From positions 1 to 64,000 of the IMG/VR virus record IMGVR_UViG_3300031999_001882: 64,000 nt of DNA. One strand, given 5' to 3'. This document shows, in pieces, positions 8,860 through 17,994 of the stretch (position 1 is the first letter of the stretch; every line of letters begins with the position of its first letter). The DNA comes from a virus. The notes below the pieces were generated by a model. It searched no databases, was not told where the DNA came from, and saw only the letters and a program-made list of their open reading frames with translations. The position numbers and the translations under genes were made by a program.

Positions 8860-9635
8860 CCTTCCACCCAACCCGCCGCCCGCGCATGGCCTCCGCCGCC
8901 ATGCGCTTTGGCTATGGCGCTGACATCCAGCCCGTTCGGATCAGATCGCAGGGACCAAAACTTCTTTCCGCCACACCAATAATAGCAGGCGGAAAATGGA
9001 CGGTCCTTATCCAACACCTCGCCCACTTCGGACAGAACATTGACATAAGAGACGTTGGCGACAAGAATCTTGTGACCGTCCATCTCCTGCTCGACAGCGC
9101 CCTTCACAATCCAGTCCACCATCCGTTGTTTGTACCGAAGCACCGCCCGGCCTTCCAGTTCCAGTTGGACGACGTTGGTGGAAGCCAGCTCGTCCCATGC
9201 CTCCATCGTAAGCGGGAAGCTGGCAATGGCGGCATTGATCTCCCGCGAGTTGGGAAGCGCCCAGCGCCACAAATCCCGGTCCTCGACATAATGCACCAGC
9301 GCCGGAGCCTTCTTACCCGGCTCGAAGTAGTCCCATGCCAAGGTCGCGCCGCTCTTGTTCATGTCGAAGTGACATCCGGGGATGTCCTTGAGCGCGGCCT
9401 CGGCGGTCTTGTGATGGTCATAGACCTCAAAGCTGGCGGCCTGCTCTTTGAGCCGGAGCAATGTCTCCCGGTCAAAAGAGAAGTCAAACATCAGCACGTC
9501 GCGTCCAGCCACATCCGGCGCAGGCTCTCCGTACTGGATGGGCATGATCTCGGCATCCGGCAAATGCTTCTTTGCCAGCCATGCCGCGCACCAGCCGTCC
9601 ATGCAGTCACGATGAAATAGGACCAACTTTTGCAT
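8856..9635 (-). CDS. DHH/DHHA1 family phosphoesterase
   Basis: H.DCMDG, DFS, YDHH, DRDLW, SLRS, GGGGH..AAG. Confidence 0.9.
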   Translation of the reverse strand: MQKLVLFHRDCMDGWCAAWLAKKHLPDAEIMPIQYGEPAPDVAGRDVLMFDFSFDRETLLRLKEQAASFEVYDHHKTAEAALKDIPGCHFDMNKSGATLAWDYFEPGKKAPALVHYVEDRDLWRWALPNSREINAAIASFPLTMEAWDELASTNVVQLELEGRAVLRYKQRMVDWIVKGAVEQEMDGHKILVANVSYVNVLSEVGEVLDKDRPFSACYYWCGGKKFWSLRSDPNGLDVSAIAKAHGGGGHARAAGWVEG

Positions 9636-10179
9636 TAAAATTCCTCCATGTAAAACCTCGAACGATTGATGATATATTCCTTTGCGTTGTTCTATATTTT
9701 CTTGAAAGAATCAGTTGCTCGCCACGCTGACCAGAATACTCCCTCCGTATATCTACAACCTGCTTGGCTGTAAGTTTTGATGCCGTCCGGCCCTTAGCAA
9801 TCCTGTCCTCGTTGTTATCGTTCTGAGTTCCAAGCCAAAGATGAGCTGGTCTTACGCACGGCGGATTATCACACCGATGAAGAACGTGCATTCCTTTCGG
9901 AATAAGTCCAAATCTTAACATCCAACTAACACGATGAGCGCGATCAATTTTGCAATCGCCAACATTTAATACACCGTAACCGCACTTATCTCGAAAGCCA
10001 ATCCATTCCCAGCATTGCTCAGTCTTGCGAACGCGACACCAAAAACGATCCTCCAATGATAAGCCAGAAAAATTCTTTACCGCTAAAGGATCGCCATGAC
10101 GAAGCCAGCGAGTATAGTGCTTTTCACACCACCCGCGACTTCTTATCAGCAAACAGCAACTTTCAATGGAACACTTCAT
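9607..10179 (-). CDS. HNH homing endonuclease
   Basis: AHRVSW, VLHRCDNPPCVRPAHL, N-terminal zinc finger, C-terminal HTH-like segment. Confidence 0.9.
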   Translation of the reverse strand: MKCSIESCCLLIRSRGWCEKHYTRWLRHGDPLAVKNFSGLSLEDRFWCRVRKTEQCWEWIGFRDKCGYGVLNVGDCKIDRAHRVSWMLRFGLIPKGMHVLHRCDNPPCVRPAHLWLGTQNDNNEDRIAKGRTASKLTAKQVVDIRREYSGQRGEQLILSRKYRTTQRNISSIVRGFTWRNFNAKVGPISS

Positions 10180-10180
10180 A

Positions 10181-10214
10181 AAATAAACAAAGCCTCGCCC
10201 ATTGATAGGCGAGG
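10181..10214 (-). terminator. intrinsic terminator-like hairpin
   Basis: CCTCGCCTA-TCAA-TGGGCGAGG followed by CTTTGTTTATTTT. Confidence 0.6.
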
Positions 10215-10257
10215 AAACGCTTATCTTCCGTCGATAAGAACAGACTACTTTTTCCCT

Positions 10258-10530
10258 TTAGGGGTTTTCTTTTTCTTCGCCATCGTCGATCTCCTCATCC
10301 AAATCAATTCCATGCTTCCTCAGCAGATCGCGGATTTCCGCATCGCTGTATTTGCTCTCGCCGCCCGATGCAAACTTTTGATGAAGGTCCGCCAAGACTT
10401 CGAGCTGAGATTGAACCTTGGCGATTTCTTCCTTCAACTGAACGAACAGCGCAACCTTCTCAGCCAAAAGCGTAACGACAATTTGTTCAATGCGACGGGT
10501 TTCGTCAGCCATAACTACCTCCCTATTCAC
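10258..10530 (-). CDS. coiled-coil hypothetical protein
   Basis: ORF. An SD precedes an internal MADE start. Confidence 0.6.
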   Translation of the reverse strand: MNREVVMADETRRIEQIVVTLLAEKVALFVQLKEEIAKVQSQLEVLADLHQKFASGGESKYSDAEIRDLLRKHGIDLDEEIDDGEEKENP

Positions 10531-10560
10531 CTAAATTATAGGGATGGTTTTCGTGATTGA

Positions 10561-10869
10561 CTATGACCTCCAAATGAACGCAGGCGTACCCTCGCCCACA
10601 TACGCATCCTCGACGTTGAACGAGAAATACTCCTCGGCTTCCTCGCGGGTCATCTTGTCCCGGTCCATGAGAATGCACACGCATCGGTCTGCGTCATAGC
10701 ACAGCACATGGCTCCGCACGCCGCTCTCCGTCCACATATAGGCCATGCCGAGAACCGCCTCATCAAACCCGTCCGCGATCCTGAACACCGCATCCGGGTA
10801 TCGGTCCATGACCGCTTGGAGCTTAGGATGAAACTTTATCTTTGCCGCCGGGCTTCTTCGTCTCACCAC
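10561..10869 (-). CDS. conserved phage hypothetical protein
   Basis: ADGFDEAVLG...YD...EEAEEYFSFNVE.AYVGE.TP, a recurrent phage pattern. Confidence 0.75.
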   Translation of the reverse strand: MVRRRSPAAKIKFHPKLQAVMDRYPDAVFRIADGFDEAVLGMAYMWTESGVRSHVLCYDADRCVCILMDRDKMTREEAEEYFSFNVEDAYVGEGTPAFIWRS

Positions 10870-11124
10870 TCAGATCAATCCCTTCAAGGCAATGGCGGCA
10901 TTGGCCGTCATCGTAGCCTCTCGTAAATGTCTGATCGCGGCGCTCTGATCGGCACAGGGCGGCGTGTATTGGTAGATGGTGAAGGCCAGTTCCTTGGCCT
11001 TCTCGCGGATGGCTTTGTAGGCTATTTTTTGAACGTCGTCTGGCGGCTGATAGGTGAAGATGTTGGCGAGCTTTTCCTCAAACGACGGACTCATCTTCTC
11101 CCGACGTGCTGGTTTCGTTTTCAT
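10870..11124 (-). CDS. Acb2/Tad1-like helical-hairpin protein (putative immune-signal sponge)
   Basis: FTYQPP...YKAIREKAKELA..I...P...QSAAIRHLREATMTANAAIA. Confidence 0.6.
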   Translation of the reverse strand: MKTKPARREKMSPSFEEKLANIFTYQPPDDVQKIAYKAIREKAKELAFTIYQYTPPCADQSAAIRHLREATMTANAAIALKGLI

Positions 11125-11359
11125 TTCGGTTCTCCGTTCCATAAACTGCTTTTTCTGTCTCATGCCATATTTTCATTAGCTCTAAATGCTGTTTCTCTGT
11201 CAGGCGCTTGTTGACCTCAAAGGAATCGTCCAGCGACTCCACCAAGGCGATGGTGTCATCATCGTCACAATTATTGATGATGAAACTGAAAACGTCTTGG
11301 TACTCGGTTCCGTCGTCGGCTTCGACAAAAGCCTTCTTCTTTGGCGTAGGACCGCTCAT
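11078..11359 (-). CDS. acidic hypothetical protein
   Basis: ORF, ATGA-coupled to the upstream gene. Confidence 0.55.
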   Translation of the reverse strand: MSGPTPKKKAFVEADDGTEYQDVFSFIINNCDDDDTIALVESLDDSFEVNKRLTEKQHLELMKIWHETEKAVYGTENRNENETSTSGEDESVV

Positions 11360-11574
11360 TTTTTTTCTTTTTTTTCTTCTTCTTCTTCTTCTGCAACTTC
11401 GTGCTCAACGACGATGATTGAAGATACAGGACCAGTCAACACTTCGTCATCCTTAGACCTAAAGAAATAACTCGGAACGCCATAAGAATCATCCATACAA
11501 AGCGTGCCGTCCGCTATCTTGTATGTTTTTTTATTCAACAACTCAATTTTTCTTGCATCGGGCATTTTGTTCAT
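11356..11574 (-). CDS. hypothetical protein with poly-Glu/Lys tail
   Basis: SD GGAGG. C-terminus EEEEEEKKEKK. Confidence 0.6.
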   Translation of the reverse strand: MNKMPDARKIELLNKKTYKIADGTLCMDDSYGVPSYFFRSKDDEVLTGPVSSIIVVEHEVAEEEEEEKKEKK

Positions 11575-11584
11575 CCAATCCTCC

Positions 11585-11845
11585 TTATTTCCACGGCTGA
11601 CATTCGGGCTTTCGTGACAGCCCTATTCCGTTTTCGTCCAGCATGAAAACGTAGCATCCGTCGTACTTCAAATCTACCACGCGCCCTGTCTCTATGTCCA
11701 CGACGCGCCATTTAGACTTCAAATGATCCTCTGGCATCGGAAGCATCCCAACGGCAGGTTGAGAATGCTTCTCGACCTTCGGGGGTGTCGCGCACCCGGC
11801 CAAGAGCAATACCACGGCAACGATCAGTTTTTTCATAAACACCAC
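11585..11845 (-). CDS. lipoprotein
   Basis: MKKLIVAVVLLLAGC lipobox. Confidence 0.75.
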   Translation of the reverse strand: MVFMKKLIVAVVLLLAGCATPPKVEKHSQPAVGMLPMPEDHLKSKWRVVDIETGRVVDLKYDGCYVFMLDENGIGLSRKPECQPWK

Positions 11846-11899
11846 CTCCCCTGCAAGACTTAACAGGAGATGACGGTGTTTTCAACGCGCCCATTAACA

Positions 11900-12190
11900 T
11901 CACAGCCCTCGGTTTTCGCCCTGAGAAGATTTCACATTCGTGGTTCGCCCGATCTCAAAAACCCGATCCTTCACGCGAGTATAAGCCGACGAAAGATTAC
12001 GATAGTGCTTGCCTGTGCCCTTCCCATACTCATAATCCGACAATGCCTTCTTTGCCTCAGCCGTCGGCTCGAAATAGGCGAAGTACCGATGATTCTTATA
12101 TTCAAAGCGCGTCTGCTGAATGCCAGCGACATCCAGCACGGCCAGCTTGAACATATCCGAAACGCACAACTCCTCCTCTTTGCTTTTCAT
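11900..12190 (-). CDS. hypothetical protein
   Basis: SD AGGAG; clean ORF. Confidence 0.6.
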   Translation of the reverse strand: MKSKEEELCVSDMFKLAVLDVAGIQQTRFEYKNHRYFAYFEPTAEAKKALSDYEYGKGTGKHYRNLSSAYTRVKDRVFEIGRTTNVKSSQGENRGL

Positions 12191-12194
12191 GGCG

Positions 12195-12371
12195 TTACTC
12201 CTTGCGTTTAGATTTGCGCTTCGTCTGCTTTAACCGCGCCTTGGCCCTGTGCGCTTCCCAATCCTGCATGGTCTTACCCGGCATTTTCAGAAATCGGGCC
12301 TTCTCGCTTCGCAATTTCCGACGACGAAGCTCCTTGCGCCAGCGTTTCTTTCTCAATCGCTCTTGATCCAT
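12195..12371 (-). CDS. 58-aa highly basic protein (not in ORF track)
   Basis: MDQERLRKKRWRKELRRRKLRSEKARFLKMPGKTMQDWEAHRAKARLKQTKRKSKRKE*. GGGAG SD. Confidence 0.55.
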   Translation of the reverse strand: MDQERLRKKRWRKELRRRKLRSEKARFLKMPGKTMQDWEAHRAKARLKQTKRKSKRKE

Positions 12372-12838
12372 TATGATCTCCCTTTCGTTTTCTCCAATGT
12401 TTCGCTTTTATAGCCTTGGCGATGGGGTTATACCCATCCAGAATTTTCTGAACCCGGAAGCGATGGCCCCACTTCGAGGTCAAAAACAGAAATTTTTTGG
12501 CGAACATATTGTTGATGACAACCACCACGCCCTCATAGCCCAGATACACACCATCCTTGAGCGGCACGCGCATACCGACCAGAAAGCTCTTACCCGTGGA
12601 CCGCATCTTGATCTGAACCCCGGCATAATCGTCGTAAATGCTCACGCGCTGACCCTCCACCTTCCCCGCTCCTTCAAGCGGCTGTTTTCTTCACGCAGAC
12701 TGTCCATGATCTTAGACTGATCCTCGATCACCTTAAAAAGAAACGGAATATCCGCCCGAACAATCAATATGGCGGCTTCCTGATTCCCAGCCTTAAACCC
12801 CTCTACGCGAGCTTTGATCTCGTCCATGCGTTCTCGAA

Positions 12839-13309
12839 TCATGGCTTATCGCCCTCCGGCACGGGGTCATGCGTTTTAGTTTCTTCAATGAGATAATAAA
12901 ATTCCCACTTCCCTTTTTCTTTGTTAAAAATACGCACACGACGAGTAGATTCCCTGACCCACTTCTCAGCCAACCTTTCGCCAAACACGGGCTTGTCGGT
13001 AGCAGGTTTAACGATGCTCTGCCACACCCACGGCAATATCCCGGCCAAAGCCGAGATCACAGCAAAGACGATTCCCCACTTCTTGATATTGTTACGGTTC
13101 TCCTCAGCCAACCCTACCGGATGATCCGGGCCGCCAAAGATCGCTTCGTAGGAATTCTTAGCCGTATCCGCGATCTCGTCCAGCTTCTCCTCATAATGCT
13201 TGAGCCGTTCGTCGATCTTTCCAAAACGCTCGGCGGTGAACAGGTCTATTGCCCGACGACTGGCGCGAACATACTCATCATCCTCATGCGGTTCGTGCTT
13301 ATCTGCCAT
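12839..13309 (-). CDS. membrane protein (coiled coil + one TM helix)
   Basis: WGIVFAVISALAGILPWVW transmembrane segment. Confidence 0.65.
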   Translation of the reverse strand: MADKHEPHEDDEYVRASRRAIDLFTAERFGKIDERLKHYEEKLDEIADTAKNSYEAIFGGPDHPVGLAEENRNNIKKWGIVFAVISALAGILPWVWQSIVKPATDKPVFGERLAEKWVRESTRRVRIFNKEKGKWEFYYLIEETKTHDPVPEGDKP

Positions 13310-13399
13310 AACCGAAGCGCAAAAATACCCGTGCCCCTTGTTGCCGGGCGCGGGTTCGGATGAACTGCAAACTGCAATAACAGCACGACGTTAAATCGC

Positions 13400-13831
13400 T
13401 CATATCCCTAACGCTCCATTACTCTCTTTTCTTGGCTGATAGCTTCCAGCTTGAAACCAGCTCTTATTCTTCTCTTGGGGCGGACAGTAGTCCGGCCTAT
13501 AGATAATCATAACTCCCGGCGATCCTTTGCGAAAGGGGATGAACCGGATTTCGCTGGCATGACCCTCCACATACCGGGTCCACCATCGCGTGCGCGTACT
13601 GGCCTTAACCAGACAGATCACCCGCGCTCCGGCGGCTGTCGCCTCGCACGCCTTCCTGAGCCAGCGCCCGATGCTCTTGCGCGGCGCAATCAGGATCGTG
13701 CGCTTTCCCCAATCCTCCTCCAAGGTTCCGGGTACTGACGGAAACTCAGCCTGTATTTTCTCAACAATGTCATTCGGTACATCCCATTCCGTTCGAGGTT
13801 GCGGCTGTCCTGCTCCCTCTTGGTTTTCCAT
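13400..13831 (-). CDS. degenerate phage DNA N6-adenine methyltransferase homologue
   Basis: IGRWLRKA...VICLVKASTRTRWW...SEIRFI matches the phage Dam-like family. NPPY is replaced by IAPR. Confidence 0.6.
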   Translation of the reverse strand: MENQEGAGQPQPRTEWDVPNDIVEKIQAEFPSVPGTLEEDWGKRTILIAPRKSIGRWLRKACEATAAGARVICLVKASTRTRWWTRYVEGHASEIRFIPFRKGSPGVMIIYRPDYCPPQEKNKSWFQAGSYQPRKESNGALGI

Positions 13832-13838
13832 AAGATCA

Positions 13839-13944
13839 CGGCGGAGCCGTCGGTATCAGGCGCGATGCTGGCCGAGCACCGTTCAACAGCCACCATTTGC
13901 CTGTGCACACTTAGGCTAGGCAGTTTCCCATGACGACTCCGCCG
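13839..13944 (-). ncRNA. candidate structured RNA element (multibranch)
   Basis: 13-bp basal stem CGGCGGAGTCGTC/GACGGCTCCGCCG (one G-U) enclosing internal hairpins. Confidence 0.45.
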
Positions 13945-13964
13945 CTAAATTCACTCATGCAAAT

Positions 13965-14759
13965 TTATCCAGCGCATACACAATCACATTTCGGGCACAT
14001 TGGCGCAGAGACTTCAAATTCTTCCTTCGTAGCTTTGCACTTACAGCTCTCGCACCACGACTCCAAGACAGGCCCCATCTCCTCAACCGTCGCTGGCTGA
14101 GTGATCGACAACGCATGGTCCCGGTCGCTGTCATAAAGCCAATGTCCGTCACTTAAATAAAATTTCTGCTTGGCTTCGCGCTTGGCCTCGTCAAGCCAAC
14201 CCCAATGAATCAACCGAATGTCCCGGCGCTCCATCCCGTTCTGACTGTCACGGATATAAGCCGGGAGCATCGGTATGTGCATCTTCCCGGCGAACCCGGC
14301 TGGCTGATCCTGATAGCGGAAGAACACTTCTTTGACAGGCGACCAATAACCGTCCGTCCGATACGCCGTCTTAGTCCACATATCCAAGAGCCGGAACCGA
14401 AACCAGTCATAGGAAGAAGCCATCAGCTCATCGGCGTGCTCGCCAAAGCTCTTTTCCAGCTCCTCGTCAGCATCCAGAGCCAACACCCAATCGCCCGGCT
14501 TGCACAGCTCTCTGGTGTAATTCCATTGCGTCACCCGGAACAGGCCCTCGTCCTCCGGGTACATGGGGATCGCATAAGGAGAGTACCGAAACACCACCTT
14601 GGGGAAGCTCCGGCACAGCATCGAAGTCGCTTCGTAGTCGTCGGAGTTGTCGTCCAAGATCATAAACTTCTCGACCGCTCCATAGACGGACTCAATGGCC
14701 CGGCGCAGGTATGGACTCTTGGCCTCGTTCCTGACGATCATCGTGCAGATTATTGCCAT
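13965..14759 (-). CDS. glycosyltransferase family 2 with C-terminal zinc ribbon
   Basis: MIVRNEA, LDDNSDD, WVLALDADE (DxD), IHWGW, CESC..CPKC. Confidence 0.85.
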   Translation of the reverse strand: MAIICTMIVRNEAKSPYLRRAIESVYGAVEKFMILDDNSDDYEATSMLCRSFPKVVFRYSPYAIPMYPEDEGLFRVTQWNYTRELCKPGDWVLALDADEELEKSFGEHADELMASSYDWFRFRLLDMWTKTAYRTDGYWSPVKEVFFRYQDQPAGFAGKMHIPMLPAYIRDSQNGMERRDIRLIHWGWLDEAKREAKQKFYLSDGHWLYDSDRDHALSITQPATVEEMGPVLESWCESCKCKATKEEFEVSAPMCPKCDCVCAG

Positions 14760-14782
14760 GAACGCCTCCTGATTTTCTCGCC

Positions 14783-15070
14783 TCAATTATTGTGCTTATG
14801 TCTATGCTCATTGCTACCGCAATGAGGACACGGCACAAGCGAAAAACAAGAAAATTCCTGCATATCCCCATAATCCAACTGTGCTTCATCGACTCCAAAT
14901 ATGGGAATAAAAACAAACTGACCTTCATCTTCTTGTTCTTCGGCAATTTGATGAGCCAAACCAACAGGGATTGCTATTGCCATTTTCCTTCCCTTCGGCA
15001 ATCCATCCAAGCGCGTCCTGATTTGATCCGCCGTCATCGGCTTCGCATCACTCATTGGTTTATCGTTCAT
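14783..15070 (-). CDS. hypothetical protein (C-terminal CPHC)
   Basis: Start placed at the ATG overlapping the upstream gene. Confidence 0.45.
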   Translation of the reverse strand: MNDKPMSDAKPMTADQIRTRLDGLPKGRKMAIAIPVGLAHQIAEEQEDEGQFVFIPIFGVDEAQLDYGDMQEFSCFSLVPCPHCGSNEHRHKHNN

Positions 15071-15620
15071 AGCGAATTTCGTCGAGATATACCGCGAAGC
15101 CATCCGGGTTGCTCGACTGACTGGCCGACCAGCAAAATCCTCCGACAATATGAGCAAGGTTCCTGCTGTCCAAATCCAACGTGAACTTCTGCCACTTGGT
15201 CGTGACTTCCACAGGCCCCATCTCCACGGCATCCGTATCGCCATGCTCGCCCGTGATCCCGCCCATCTTGACGGTATCGAGCACCGCAGACTTATCCGCT
15301 CTGGCCCAGAAGGTCAGCTTCTTATAAGCCGACAGGTCATAGCCGCCAGCGCTCGCGCCCCAATTATTCGCCGGATGTTGCCAATAAACGCCAGCCCATC
15401 CCTGATCGCCCCGTGGGGTGTAAACCAGCTTGATGCAGGTTCCTGCTTTGCAGTTGTCCTTCACAGCATCCTGATAAGAGATGTCCTTCACATCGCCCAT
15501 CCAGCCCGACGGGATGTAGTGATTGAGCTTGCTTCCTTTGTCCTCATAGACGTAAAACTCGCCCGCCGCCCATGCCCTGCCCGTCACCAACAACGCCACA
15601 ATCCACAGGTACTTTTTCAT
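15060..15620 (-). CDS. secreted carbohydrate-binding-module-like protein
   Basis: Signal peptide (..AWA/AG), PSGWMGD, GWAGVYWQHPANNWG, DLS.YKKLTFWAR, YLDEI. Confidence 0.7.
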   Translation of the reverse strand: MKKYLWIVALLVTGRAWAAGEFYVYEDKGSKLNHYIPSGWMGDVKDISYQDAVKDNCKAGTCIKLVYTPRGDQGWAGVYWQHPANNWGASAGGYDLSAYKKLTFWARADKSAVLDTVKMGGITGEHGDTDAVEMGPVEVTTKWQKFTLDLDSRNLAHIVGGFCWSASQSSNPDGFAVYLDEIRYER

Positions 15621-16036
15621 TGCACGGCCTCCTTTTGCTTCTTCCATGCCTCAGCTATTTCCTGACGAAGATCGCCCATTCCGTCATCCCGGCAACACAA
15701 CGTCATCCGGCACTCATAAGGCTTGGCTTCGTGAATCTTGCACCGATCATCCTTCGTCAAAAATACGCACCGTCCACTCTGAAAAGGCCAACCCCACGAA
15801 GCCACGCCGCCGGAGAAATTCCGGCGCGGAAACTCATTCTTGGATTGCTTGAACGGCGACAGAACCTTTATGTCCGACTCACCCGACCACCAATCCCAGA
15901 TCAAATAGATTCGCTGGAACCTCTTGAACGGCATCCCCAGAAATGCCGCCGCCTTCTCTGCCTCGCCGGGCATAAACCAGCCGGGCCGAACCGTGCACGC
16001 CTTGACGCATTTACCGCAACAACAGCCTTCGCTCAT
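15617..16036 (-). CDS. YkgJ-like CxxCxxCC metal/Fe-S cluster protein
   Basis: CCCGKCVKAC...CVFL..DRCKIHE.KPYECR. Confidence 0.75.
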   Translation of the reverse strand: MSEGCCCGKCVKACTVRPGWFMPGEAEKAAAFLGMPFKRFQRIYLIWDWWSGESDIKVLSPFKQSKNEFPRRNFSGGVASWGWPFQSGRCVFLTKDDRCKIHEAKPYECRMTLCCRDDGMGDLRQEIAEAWKKQKEAVQ

Positions 16037-16398
16037 ACGGCTTGCTGAGCGATAACCTCCGACGCTGGTATTGACTCCGAAACATCCACCTGCGCGTTTT
16101 CCTCGGCGTGCGCCTTGCCGATAATAAGAATCTTCTCGACCGCCTCTTGCGCGATATCGCCCTTTTTTGCCAAACGATTACCGACTCGCTGAGTCGTCCA
16201 TTTCTCGCGCATCATTAACGACGCTTTGTGCCGACGATACGGAGTCCAAAACTTTTGTCGTCGAGCCTTGCGTCTTTCCGTCAATGCCTGCTGTCTCTGC
16301 TCAGGCGTTTTTTTGAAGTGATACGCCCTTTTTGCCGTCAATCCATCCGTCTTGCGAACATACCCGAAGCGTTCCAGAACTCTGCCAATTAAGCCCAT
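16033..16398 (-). CDS. basic hypothetical protein
   Basis: SD GGAGG; clean ORF. Confidence 0.55.
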   Translation of the reverse strand: MGLIGRVLERFGYVRKTDGLTAKRAYHFKKTPEQRQQALTERRKARRQKFWTPYRRHKASLMMREKWTTQRVGNRLAKKGDIAQEAVEKILIIGKAHAEENAQVDVSESIPASEVIAQQAV

Positions 16399-16430
16399 AA
16401 GTTCCTCCGATTTCAGATTTCATAACAGCC

Positions 16431-16757
16431 TCAACTTCGAGACTTTTTCTTTTTGCGCTTCTTCTCAGCCTTTCGACGTTCATACTCCTCAAGATATCTG
16501 AGCTGTTCCTGATCTTCAATCTCCTGCTTCTCTTTGTCGTACTTGTCCCACTCTGCACCGCGCTTCGTGAGAAATAAATTCCAAAGCTTAATAACGACGG
16601 CAACATAGAGATAAATCAGGCATAAAACAAGGAGAACCCATTGACCAACGTCATAAGCTGTCGGATGATCGCTGGCAAAGTCTTGCAACATCTGAATGAC
16701 AGCCCAGCTCTGGACTCCGACAAAACAACTTGGTGGCGCAAACGCCGCCCACTCCAT
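16431..16757 (-). CDS. membrane protein with charged tail
   Basis: TM segment WVLLVLCLIYLYVAVVI followed by a Lys-rich C-terminus. Confidence 0.55.
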   Translation of the reverse strand: MEWAAFAPPSCFVGVQSWAVIQMLQDFASDHPTAYDVGQWVLLVLCLIYLYVAVVIKLWNLFLTKRGAEWDKYDKEKQEIEDQEQLRYLEEYERRKAEKKRKKKKSRS

Positions 16758-16994
16758 CTCAAGTACGGAATACCAATATGCGATTCTTCGTCGTATAAAT
16801 TTTGAAGCACATCATGGCCTCTCGTCCTTCCTTGCTGGCCGCATTCAGCCTGTTAATGGCCGAGGCCGCCGCAAACTCATTCATGGCTTGGCGGTTATGA
16901 TCTTTGATCTTGATGCTGAACACAGGAGGGAACACCGATCCTGCCGGGGCTTCGATGATGATATCGCCGCTCCCGAAATACTTGTCGCTCTTTT

Positions 16995-17474
16995 TCATTT
17001 TTCAGGCTCCTTTTCGGTTTTCTTATATTCAGGCCAATCGGCGCATTGCAGGCACGTCACGCCCTCGGCCCTCCACATATCAATGACTCTTTTTCGATCA
17101 TCGACGACGAACAAAATCTTTTCTGGACCACCGTTATCCCAGAGCCACTTGCGCTTGAGTTCCTGATCCGGGGTATTGTCCTTCTCATCCTCGCGGAGCA
17201 AGAACAGCTTTTCGTAATGCACGCCATTGTCTGCCAGCCACTTCTTTGTCACGTCCTTGAGCGTCTTAGGTCGGGCGCTGACGATCCAGACCGGAACCCG
17301 GTAATGACCCTGAACGCTGTTGATGAGAACTCTGCACCAATCGTTAATTTCATCGTCCTTAGCCCGTGCATAAAATTCGTCGAACTGCTTGCTGTCTTGC
17401 CGAACCAAGTGAACCCGATGCCCTACGTTCGCCAGCGTCCCATCCAAATCACACACCACAGCTTTGAAACTCAT
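16995..17474 (-). CDS. HAD phosphatase (polynucleotide kinase 3'-phosphatase-like)
   Basis: DLDGTL, VSAR, DQELK, VDDR..VIDMWR..G..CLQ. Confidence 0.85.
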   Translation of the reverse strand: MSFKAVVCDLDGTLANVGHRVHLVRQDSKQFDEFYARAKDDEINDWCRVLINSVQGHYRVPVWIVSARPKTLKDVTKKWLADNGVHYEKLFLLREDEKDNTPDQELKRKWLWDNGGPEKILFVVDDRKRVIDMWRAEGVTCLQCADWPEYKKTEKEPEK

Positions 17475-17994
17475 TTGCCATTGCCCTCCGCCGCCTGATA
17501 GTTACCGATGGAGAGCGACGGTTGGTTGTATTTGAAGCTCACGACCATACCCACCAACACGCACAGCACCGTCCACAGCATCAAAACCAATACCCAAAAA
17601 GCTCCCTTGTAAAACCCTTCCGGCATTACGACTTCCGCCCAAAAATTTCGCTCAGCGCTTCCAGAGCAAACACGATGATGAAAAACGTCATCCACGGATG
17701 GGCAAAGCACCACTCTTTCATATCACCCTGCCTCACCCAGAAGGGCATGAGACTGTCCGTAAACAGGCTGGCATCGCTCGACGTGAAACAGAATGTCCTC
17801 CTCAGCCTCGCGCCACAGCCTATGAGCGTCCTCGGTCATAAAGAACTCGCCATTGGCCTTGTAAGACCGCTCCCAGCGACACCTCAAGCAGACATATTTG
17901 TTGTAGGGCGACGCTTCGGGAGCGTCCTCCGGCGCAGGCCAGCCATTCGGCGAACCATTCACATGGTCAATCGGATATTCAATGCCGCGAATCT

